From: Candidatus Ozemobacteraceae bacterium
GTDB taxonomy: Bacteria; Muiribacteriota; Ozemobacteria; Ozemobacterales; Ozemobacteraceae
Assembly: GCA_965140445.1 (NCBI GenBank)
Contig: OZ223236.1
Location: 3,776,001 to 3,840,000 of the forward strand
Direction: 5' to 3'
Length of the DNA stretch: 64,000 bases
Shown: positions 38,603 to 46,393 of the stretch, piece by piece
Layout of the letters: every line of letters starts with the position of its first letter
Numbering within the stretch: position 1 is the first letter of the stretch
The notes under the pieces: model-generated
What the model was told of the DNA's origin: nothing
What the model saw: only the letters and a program-made list of their open reading frames with translations
Databases searched by the model: none
Translations under genes and position numbers: made by a program

Positions 38603-39334
38603 ATGAACTTATATCTACGGTTTCTTAGATGGAACTTTGTCAAATTGTTAACTATGTATTTCTTAATCTCGTTCTCGTCGCTTTATGGCCAAGTAAACAC
38701 AGTTAATGTTGATACAAATGCCGGCATCATTAATATAAGTTTCGCGACCAATTCGGACAAAGCAACGAATGACATTTTAGCCAAAACTCTTTCAATGGAA
38801 TTAACTCATGTTGGGGATTTGTTGAAAGCTAAGAAACAGTGGAAAAATAGTCTTAGTGTGTATAATTCAGCATTTGGACTTAATGACAGCAACTTTGACG
38901 CCCTGTATGGTGGTTTCATTGTATCTGCAAAGCTATGCGACAAAGTCGAAAGCAAAAAGGAGGTGTTCTTGCGTATAAAGGACACCTGCTTTCCATCTAT
39001 TCCTTCCTGCAACATTTCAAAGAGCAAGTTTTCGAAGGAACAAGAATGCCTATTACTTGAGTTAGCACAATCTTTGGTCGAACATGGTTCAGATGATTGG
39101 AAAACAATTAAAGCCTCCATTATGCAAAATATTGCTCTTCTAGAAAGAAAGGCCGTTAACGAAGTTGGAGATTTGAAAGCTGAGAGAGCACTCAAGAATG
39201 AGGCTGACACGCACTTTGCCAATAAGGACTATTTTCTGGCACTTGAGTATTATACGGCCTATTATAAAAATTTTCCTAGCAACAACTATCCATTGATGCA
39301 AATTGCGGAAATAGTGTCGAAAGTTCGGCCGTAA
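38603..39334 (+). CDS. Secreted TPR-like protein with an N-terminal beta-rich motif
   Basis: Signal-like aa 1-29, then NTVNVDTNAGIINISF; TPR-like GDLLKAKKQWKNSLSVYNSA and ADTHFANKDYFLALEYY. Confidence 0.7.
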   Translation: MNLYLRFLRWNFVKLLTMYFLISFSSLYGQVNTVNVDTNAGIINISFATNSDKATNDILAKTLSMELTHVGDLLKAKKQWKNSLSVYNSAFGLNDSNFDALYGGFIVSAKLCDKVESKKEVFLRIKDTCFPSIPSCNISKSKFSKEQECLLLELAQSLVEHGSDDWKTIKASIMQNIALLERKAVNEVGDLKAERALKNEADTHFANKDYFLALEYYTAYYKNFPSNNYPLMQIAEIVSKVRP

Positions 39335-39339
39335 TTTTT

Positions 39340-39438
39340 GCCTGCACCGATATGTTTGAGCAGATTGACGAGGGGCGCTCGTCCTGTTTTCCTCGCCGGG
39401 TAAAGCTTACTCCATCAGCCACTCAATAGAAACTTGGT
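39340..39438 (+). other. Decayed attC-like site directly after the 38603 ORF
   Basis: GTTTGAGCAGATTGACG ... CATCAGCCACTCAAT-AGAAAC-TTGG; L boxes and stem partly kept, R boxes mutated. Confidence 0.45.
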
Positions 39439-39471
39439 ATTATACATCATAGAGTTCCTTATTATTCCCGC

Positions 39472-39547
39472 GCATAACAAGTGCGTCGAGATGAAAATTG
39501 GCCTCCAGTTGTGACTAGCATTGTATTCACTTAAAGAACCTTAGAAA
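39472..39547 (+). other. Decayed attC-like site
   Basis: GCATAAC-AAGTG-CGTCGAGA-TGAAAA, same family as 34877 and 37066; right arm degenerate. Confidence 0.5.
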
Positions 39548-39807
39548 ATAATCAATATGAGAGCATTTGATTTTACTCGTTCTTCGAAACTAGGAAAAAA
39601 ATAGGAACCAGGAACATATAGGGTTTAACAGCTTGGACCATGTGCCAGAAATTTGGGTTTTAGGTATTCTGATTAATTTTGCCGGCACAATAGGAAGCGA
39701 TAATTGATTGCACCAGTAATGAATGATTCATTAAGCTGTTAAACTTTGTGGGATTCTAAAAAAAACATAATTGAAGCTAGGAGCATTATTGCAGGATTTA
39801 TAAAAGA

Positions 39808-39845
39808 AAACCGATGCCAGTTCTATGCTCTTCTGGCATCGGTTT
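39808..39845 (-). terminator. Terminator after the metallophosphoesterase
   Basis: AAACCGATGCCAG / CTGGCATCGGTTT 13-bp stem. Confidence 0.8.
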
Positions 39846-39864
39846 ATTGGATTATCGGTTTAGT

Positions 39865-40911
39865 TTAACTATTTCTAAATTCACAGGTTTTACAATTTGA
39901 AAGAGTAGAAACTTGTTCTTGAAGAGGCTTGCCAAGATCAAGTGTGAAAACTTCAATTGCATAGTTTTTCTTTTTACAGATTTGAAGCATAAAAGCAGAT
40001 CGCTTTTCTTCCATTTCAAGAATTGGCTGATTTTTTTCGTCAATATCTTTTAGGGCTCTGTTTGAAAGGGGAGTTTTCCCAGATCCCAAAATAATTGGAA
40101 CTTTTGAGCAGCCATATTTCTTTGATTTCAGAAACCTGTGAAGATTGCTTCCATTTATAAATGGCATTTGGACATGTTCATGTCCAAATAATAAGGCATC
40201 GGCAATTGGATTGGCACTTTCAATTGAATTGAAAATGTCGTTGAATTGCTCCCAGTCTTTCATTGAATGGGTTGATTTGGGATTGCTATCCCCTCCGTAA
40301 GGCAGTGGAAAGGGGTGATGGTGAGTAAAAATAATAATTTTCTCTTCATTGGGCCTGTTTTTTAATGATTTTAGAAGCTCTTGGAATTTTTTTCTTTGAT
40401 CAGCCCCAAGATTACCCACAGGAAATATAGATCTGGCATTGACTTTGTTCGTAGAGTCTAAGCCTATGAAATGATGACCTCGGGCTTTAAAGTAAAGTGG
40501 AAAGAATAAGTTTCTATTTTTTTCTGGATATTCAAATCTCAGTTTTTTGTACCCGTTTTCTTGCGGTATAAATGCTAGTTGATGATGTTTGGTATCATTT
40601 TGTAAATTTTTGCTTCCTTTGTTAAGAAATTGATAGTCATGATTTCCTGGAACAGCAGCAAAAAAAACATGGTTGCTGGAAAGCTTTCTTAAAGAATCTG
40701 AAAGTAAAAAAAATTCTGGCAAAGTTCCGGATTCGGTTAGATCACCCGTTATGATGATTACTGTGTTTGATTCATTTAGAATTCCATTTTGTTGGCCAAT
40801 GCTGCTTGCGATGTTGTCTATGCATAGCTTTGAACCAAAATTTTCTGGTGCATACTCACTAACATGAAAATGTAAATCACTGATATGTAATAAATTTAAG
40901 CAGTTTGTCAT
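39865..40911 (-). CDS. Calcineurin-like metallophosphoesterase
   Basis: HISDLHF, ITGDLT, VPGNHD, FTHHHP, LFGHEH. Confidence 0.9.
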   Translation of the reverse strand: MTNCLNLLHISDLHFHVSEYAPENFGSKLCIDNIASSIGQQNGILNESNTVIIITGDLTESGTLPEFFLLSDSLRKLSSNHVFFAAVPGNHDYQFLNKGSKNLQNDTKHHQLAFIPQENGYKKLRFEYPEKNRNLFFPLYFKARGHHFIGLDSTNKVNARSIFPVGNLGADQRKKFQELLKSLKNRPNEEKIIIFTHHHPFPLPYGGDSNPKSTHSMKDWEQFNDIFNSIESANPIADALLFGHEHVQMPFINGSNLHRFLKSKKYGCSKVPIILGSGKTPLSNRALKDIDEKNQPILEMEEKRSAFMLQICKKKNYAIEVFTLDLGKPLQEQVSTLSNCKTCEFRNS

Positions 40912-41048
40912 ATATACTGGCTTGAAAGCCTCTCTCCTCTCATATGCTTAAAAGGAAAATAGCACTGAGCAATAAATTTTTCAATTAACATTGAAAAAAA
41001 TAAAATTTAATTGTATTGAAATCTATAACAATTTGAGAGGAGATTTTT

Positions 41049-41879
41049 ATGAGTAATTTGACACTAAAAGAGCTTGAGAACATGGACAAATACGAGGAAG
41101 TAAAGGCAGGAGTCCAACTTCCATTGGTATATCGCTCTTTGGATGACAAAAAATGCTGGTTTTTGACTAATAAACCAAATAAAGAGCCTGAGGTTCTGTC
41201 AACATACGTGGCATTACTTGATTTAGAAAATGGCGACGAGTTAGTTTACGATAGCAGGAGGTCATTCAATATCCCGCTCAAGAGTGTGCACAAGCCCACT
41301 CCAGCTGAACTTAAGAATGAGTCGCTATTTGAGATGGTTAAAGTTGATTTGCCAAGAATTTTTCAAGAAACGAAAGGTAAGAATTTTTTATTTGTAGACG
41401 AAGCTGGAGCTGTTTTTGATCATTATGTTTGCCTATGGAATATGGGTGGAAAATTTGTTTGGTATGGAAAGGAAACAGACTTTGAAAAATTATTAAAGTT
41501 AGGCGAAACTGTTTTTTCCAATCCATTACTTTTAAGTGCTCTTAGCAGTTTAGGATTTTCAATTACTTCAGAGTTAGCAAAAACATTAAGCTCGGGATTT
41601 GCAGCGTTGAGAAAACATGATGTTGATAAACTTGTTGATTTATCTGGCTCCAAAGATTTAAAAAAGGCTAAAGATATTTTTGATGCGATTCAAAAGCTTT
41701 CAGAACAAGATTTAAACATATCTGGTTTAAAAGAAATGTTTAGCTCTGACGAAGAGGTTGTTAGTAGGTTAAAGGCGCTTGAAACATTCTTTAAAGGTAA
41801 ATCTAAAATTGACGATTCTATTTTGCCCATTTTGCAATTTCTTTGCTGGTTGAGTATAAATGATTGCCCAATACCTTAA
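41049..41879 (+). CDS. Orphan hypothetical protein
   Basis: 276-aa ORF with strong GAGGAG RBS; no recognised motif. Confidence 0.75.
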   Translation: MSNLTLKELENMDKYEEVKAGVQLPLVYRSLDDKKCWFLTNKPNKEPEVLSTYVALLDLENGDELVYDSRRSFNIPLKSVHKPTPAELKNESLFEMVKVDLPRIFQETKGKNFLFVDEAGAVFDHYVCLWNMGGKFVWYGKETDFEKLLKLGETVFSNPLLLSALSSLGFSITSELAKTLSSGFAALRKHDVDKLVDLSGSKDLKKAKDIFDAIQKLSEQDLNISGLKEMFSSDEEVVSRLKALETFFKGKSKIDDSILPILQFLCWLSINDCPIP

Positions 41880-42010
41880 CTAAGTTTCAAAAAGCTATAG
41901 ACAACTATCATATACAATATTTGTTTTATTTAAGATAATTGTCTAAGCTTTCTTAAATTTTAAATGTTTTCCTCGATTCCAATTAATACTATTACAAACA
42001 GCGATGGTCC

Positions 42011-42338
42011 CACATGGGTGGTATAGTTGATTGGTCAAACAATTGAATTTCTTAAGTGGTAAATGCTGCTAACCTTTTCATTCGAAATATTTGAGAATAT
42101 CAGTGTTGGCATTCCCTAAAGGCTATTGCATCAATTTCCAGGAGCTTGAAATATTAGTCGAGCAAGAAATTTTTTTGTCTTTGCATGATTAGCGTCGCGG
42201 GCAAGGATCTCGTTACAAAAAAGTCTGGTTTTGTGTTCCATTCCTGGTTTGTAATAGATGAGGGCCAGATAATAGCAAACCTCATTGTCATTAGGCTTTT
42301 CTTTTCTGCACCGTTCTAACATTTGTCGAGCAGTCTCA
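42011..42338. repeat. Copy 2 of the direct repeat; contains TPR remnant 42131-42322 (-)
   Basis: Near-identical to 37262-37600. Confidence 0.92.
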
Positions 42339-42411
42339 AATTTTTACTATATCCCCCCCCAATTTATTACCCCAGGTTGCTTCAATTGTAATTTTCCTGC
42401 AAAAGTGACTG

Positions 42412-42445
42412 TTGACTTCTAAATGAGAGGGTGATAATCTCATTT
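42412..42445 (+). promoter_or_regulatory. sigma70-type promoter of ychF with overlapping palindrome
   Basis: TTGACT-N17-TAATCT with TGn extension; AAATGAGA-N9-TCTCATTT at 42421-42445. Confidence 0.6.
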
Positions 42446-42554
42446 CTCCTTTAATGAAGCAATTAAAGCAAGGTATGCAGTAGCAAGATATTGAATTTTT
42501 ATAGCAATTCAGGGTCTTGGGTGATCCTTTACAAAATTTTTAGGAAGTTAACTC

Positions 42555-43646
42555 ATGAGTTTAAAATGCGGAATCGTAGGTCTACCAAACGTTGGAAAAT
42601 CCACTTTATTTAATGCGCTTACCAAGGCCGGAATAGCAGCGGAGAACTACCCATTCTGCACTATTGAGCCTAATATAGGAATAGTGGAAGTTCCTGATCC
42701 GCGAATGCAGGCATTGGCCGCTATTGTTAAACCTCAGAGAATGCAACCCGCCCTTGTTGAATTTGTTGATATTGCAGGTCTGGTTGCCGGAGCATCAAAA
42801 GGTGAAGGTCTGGGAAACCAGTTTCTTGCCAACATTCGTGAGACTGATGCCATCGTGAACGTGGTTCGCTGCTTCGATGATGATAACATCAGCCATGTTG
42901 CGAACAAGGTTGATCCAATTGCTGATATTGAGACAATCACCACCGAACTTGCGCTTGCTGATATGGCTGCGGTCGAACGCACGCTGAATCGCGATGGGAA
43001 GAAAGCTCGCTCAGGAGACAAGAATACGATTAAACTGGTAGCGATTCTTGAAAAACTCCTGCCTCATCTGAACCAGGGAAAAACAGCTCGTTCTCTTGGT
43101 TTGAGCGAAGAAGAAGTTTTGCTGCTCAAACCGCTGTGCCTGCTCACCATCAAACCAGCCATGTATGTTGGCAACGTAATGGAAGATGGTTTCGAAAATA
43201 ATCCCTACCTGGATCGACTGAATGAATATGCTGAAAAAGAAGGCATACCAGTGGTTCCTTTATGCGCCAAAATTGAGGCTGAATTAGCAACACTTGACGA
43301 AGCTGACAAAATGGAATTCCTTACCGATCTTGGCCTGGAAGAACCTGGGCTGAATCGTCTTATCCGAACCGGATATGAGTTACTTGGCCTCCAGACCTAT
43401 TTCACTGCGCGTATTAAGGAAGTTCGTGCCTGGACTATTAATAAAGGGGACACAGCCCCACAGGCAGCAGGGGTTATCCATACCGATTTCGAGCGAGGCT
43501 TCATTCGTGCACAAGCCATATCTTTCGATCATTACATTGAATGTGGCGGTGAAGCCGGGGCAAAGGAAAAAGGCAAACAGAGAATCGAAGGAAAGGGGTA
43601 TGTAGTGCAAGACGGAGATATTTTGAATTTCCTGTTCAACGTCTAG
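42555..43646 (+). CDS. ychF: Redox-regulated ATPase YchF
   Basis: [62 protein letters not shown]. Confidence 0.97.
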   Translation: MSLKCGIVGLPNVGKSTLFNALTKAGIAAENYPFCTIEPNIGIVEVPDPRMQALAAIVKPQRMQPALVEFVDIAGLVAGASKGEGLGNQFLANIRETDAIVNVVRCFDDDNISHVANKVDPIADIETITTELALADMAAVERTLNRDGKKARSGDKNTIKLVAILEKLLPHLNQGKTARSLGLSEEEVLLLKPLCLLTIKPAMYVGNVMEDGFENNPYLDRLNEYAEKEGIPVVPLCAKIEAELATLDEADKMEFLTDLGLEEPGLNRLIRTGYELLGLQTYFTARIKEVRAWTINKGDTAPQAAGVIHTDFERGFIRAQAISFDHYIECGGEAGAKEKGKQRIEGKGYVVQDGDILNFLFNV

Positions 43647-44042
43647 CTACAAAATCCCCATTAACCTGCCGGCAATCAAGGGGGCAAAAGCCAGGAATAT
43701 CATTCCCAGAGCAAGAAGCCTGCCTTCAAAAAGATTGAAATCCTGAAATATAAATTTCCAGGTGAATTTGAATACAAGTCGCCCGAATCCAATTTCAAAA
43801 ACCAGCATTAAAACAAACCATATAGCACCGATTGCCAGCGCCTGATCCACTGAGGAAGGGGCAATCCAGCCAATAAAAATCAAACTGACGATAAAAATGC
43901 TGATGCATCCTGTGAGTGTGCTTAGCTGTCGTGCCCTGAAATCGCCAAACCTGGGAGTTAAAAACTTTCCGCGAAGAATTCCATTGATAATCTCTAACAC
44001 GATGATAATTGAAAGAACAAAAACACTCTTTAAATAAAGCAC
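43647..44042 (-). CDS. Small 4-TM hypothetical membrane protein
   Basis: EIINGILRG...ARQLST...FEIGFGR...DFNLFEGRL. Confidence 0.75.
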   Translation of the reverse strand: MLYLKSVFVLSIIIVLEIINGILRGKFLTPRFGDFRARQLSTLTGCISIFIVSLIFIGWIAPSSVDQALAIGAIWFVLMLVFEIGFGRLVFKFTWKFIFQDFNLFEGRLLALGMIFLAFAPLIAGRLMGIL

Positions 44043-44106
44043 CTTAAAAACCTTAAATTTTTTATGCGATCATCTTTTCTCAACAGTTTTATTGAGAATA
44101 CGCCTA

Positions 44107-45009
44107 CTATATTTTGTGTGGTCCAGGCAAAGCTGACAGATCAATTATACTATTTTTAAGCTTTTCGCTACAAGCAAATATAACACCCTTTTCGTGCATA
44201 AAAACGCTATCGCAGTTATTTAGTTGCAGCGGGTTTCCGTAGAAATCACAGACCACCCCACCCGCTTCGGTAAAGATACAGGCTGTAGCCCCAAAATCCC
44301 AGATACAACCACCGCCCTGTTCCTTTTTGGGAAGTTTAAAATAGCAAGCTGGTGCCTTTATCATAGCCCAACAAGCATTCATTACTGCGCCGCCATGCGA
44401 AATACATTCGAAAGCAACATCACCGGAATTTGTTATTTCAGAACTTAATTTTTGAATTACCCGGGCAAAATCCTTGTGCAAACGAAAGCTTTTGTCACAT
44501 ACAAGGTAAAAAGTCCCATTTTCATTACTGTTTCCAATCGAAAGTCTGACCTTATTTTTGTATGCGCCCTGCCCTTGAATGGCATGATAAAGAGACTTCT
44601 CAACAGGATCATACACAACCCCGATAACCGGGATTCCATCTCTTCTTATCAAGCTAATAGAAACTGAAAAGCCATTGTTTTCTTCGATAAATGATAAAGT
44701 CCCATCAAGAGGATCTATGGCCCAAAAATAATCTTTAACCAGGCGACTTTTGTCATCAACTTTTTCTTCACTTAAAAGTGCAAGATCATACTCCTTAATA
44801 GTTGGTTGCAGTTCCTGCAAAATAGTATTCTGGCTCTCAACATCAACCTCTGTTACAACCTTTGAAGCCAAACTTGTCCCCGTAACTTTTTGCTTTATCT
44901 TCAATTCACTGCGGGAGCTAAATTTTGAAAAGATAAATTCTCCAGCTTTAACAGCTGCACCAATAGCTATATCTTTCAAAGCTTCTAATTCAATTAAACC
45001 TAGCTGCAT
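44107..45009 (-). CDS. Inositol monophosphatase / CysQ family protein
   Basis: VVTEVD, LSEE, WAIDPLDGT, IWDFGA. Confidence 0.9.
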   Translation of the reverse strand: MQLGLIELEALKDIAIGAAVKAGEFIFSKFSSRSELKIKQKVTGTSLASKVVTEVDVESQNTILQELQPTIKEYDLALLSEEKVDDKSRLVKDYFWAIDPLDGTLSFIEENNGFSVSISLIRRDGIPVIGVVYDPVEKSLYHAIQGQGAYKNKVRLSIGNSNENGTFYLVCDKSFRLHKDFARVIQKLSSEITNSGDVAFECISHGGAVMNACWAMIKAPACYFKLPKKEQGGGCIWDFGATACIFTEAGGVVCDFYGNPLQLNNCDSVFMHEKGVIFACSEKLKNSIIDLSALPGPHKI

Positions 45010-45021
45010 TAAACTTTCCTT

Positions 45022-45999
45022 TTAAACCCCAAGCTCATCCATAACTATTTTGGTCACTCTTTCACTGTAGGTATTTAACTTCCAGTGGTCCGGACTCCAG
45101 CCTTTCAAAAACCGATGAAAATCAGCCCATGCAAAACGATACATTTTAGTCCACTCTGATTTCAGCTCATCAAAGTCTACATTGATTTTTTTGGCTATAA
45201 TTGCACTTTGCAGCATGCCAAAATAATCCTTTAGAATCTGCCCTTCAAGTGACTCACAGTCTTCTTCCCGCAAACAGCTTCCTACAAAATAAGCCAGGTC
45301 TTTCATTCCACAGCCACCGCCAACATACTGGAAATCAACTGCGGCTACATCTTCGCTGCTTTGTGCAAAACAGAAATTGGCTAATTTTGCATCGCCGTGC
45401 ACCAGGGTTTTGTATTTGCACTGGCTTAAAACCCGATCAATATGGCTGGCAGCTTTTTTGAGCCGCTGATCAGATAACCTTTCCAATTCATCCGGCCTTG
45501 TAGCTAAATGCCAGTAAGTGCCTACTTTCCATAATCCATCAGGCTTTTTATTTAAAAAAGTGGCATGGAAATTAGCCAGCCACCTTAAGCAGCCCTGCAT
45601 GTCTGCATAGCCAGCCGACCTGTATCTTTGTGAGAAACCAGCGGCATCAAGATCTTCAAGGACAATCAGAATCTCGGTTTTTGAGGACTCCACCGCTAAG
45701 CAATGGGGTATGCGACAATAATCATCACATTCAGCACCCCACTTTTTATACCACTCAATCTCTACCTGGTAGGACTTAAGCTTTCTTTTGTGAGACAAAT
45801 CCGTGTTCCAGCCTCGCGGATGTTTTTTATTGTCCGGATAATTAATATGTTTTGCCACAACACGCGGAATATCAGGATTGGAAGTTTTGTATCGAAATAT
45901 TTTGCCGTAACCGCTCCATAAATCCTGGATAACTTCTTTTTTCTGAACTTTATCTGCCTTTGTAGCTCTTGCAATTGCTTTTTCAAAAGTATTGTTCAT
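45022..45999 (-). CDS. Ecdysteroid-kinase-like (DUF1679) phosphotransferase
   Basis: [40 protein letters not shown]. Confidence 0.88.
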   Translation of the reverse strand: MNNTFEKAIARATKADKVQKKEVIQDLWSGYGKIFRYKTSNPDIPRVVAKHINYPDNKKHPRGWNTDLSHKRKLKSYQVEIEWYKKWGAECDDYCRIPHCLAVESSKTEILIVLEDLDAAGFSQRYRSAGYADMQGCLRWLANFHATFLNKKPDGLWKVGTYWHLATRPDELERLSDQRLKKAASHIDRVLSQCKYKTLVHGDAKLANFCFAQSSEDVAAVDFQYVGGGCGMKDLAYFVGSCLREEDCESLEGQILKDYFGMLQSAIIAKKINVDFDELKSEWTKMYRFAWADFHRFLKGWSPDHWKLNTYSERVTKIVMDELGV

Positions 46000-46187
46000 T
46001 TTTGATTCAATATTTCCCTGTTTTTCAGCTTTATACAGATTGAAATTCTACCCCAATAGTTTTTAGATGCACAGCGAAAAGAAAATTAAACTAAGTAAAT
46101 TTCCAGACCAAATTTTGCGAATTTGCAGATTAATCCTTCGAAAGAAGTATCTTACCAGTTTGAATTAAAGCACAGCTTTTCAATTTC

Positions 46188-46216
46188 TTGACACTTAATC
46201 GTTCGGGTGATAATCT
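46188..46216 (+). promoter_or_regulatory. sigma70-type promoter
   Basis: TTGACA-N17-TAATCT with TGn extended -10. Confidence 0.7.
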
Positions 46217-46221
46217 AAATC

Positions 46222-46375
46222 CTTCGCAAATTTTACCAGAGGCAAATTGTTGAGGAAAAAAGAAATCTCAGTAAAATTCGTTCTAAAAAACCGTTTAATC
46301 ATAAAAAGTTGATTCAACGGGCTGTTTGTTAATGCTTATTGGCCCCGCGATTATTTTGCGGGGTTTATTATTTCA
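46222..46375 (+). promoter_or_regulatory. Structured 5' leader ending in a terminator-like hairpin (candidate attenuator)
   Basis: Stems AATTTTAC/GTAAAATT, CCGTT-TAATCA/TGATT-CAACGG, and GGCCCCGCGA/TTGCGGGGTT plus T-rich tail. Confidence 0.5.
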
Positions 46376-46393
46376 AATCACTAGAGGTAAAAG

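Larger units (their letters stand above)
22900..42350. mobile_element. Defence/accessory genomic island (approximate limits)
   Basis: Avs1, RloAB, three IS remnants, attC-like sites, pseudogenes and orphan ORFs between housekeeping-type flanks; no integrase seen. Confidence 0.7.

Noticed and set aside
42353..42360. C8 tract as a phase-variation switch
   Set aside because: Lies outside any intact ORF and upstream of the ychF -35; short
46222..46375. Assignment of the leader to PyrR, T-box or lysine riboswitch
   Set aside because: Their consensus motifs are not present; kept only as an unclassified candidate
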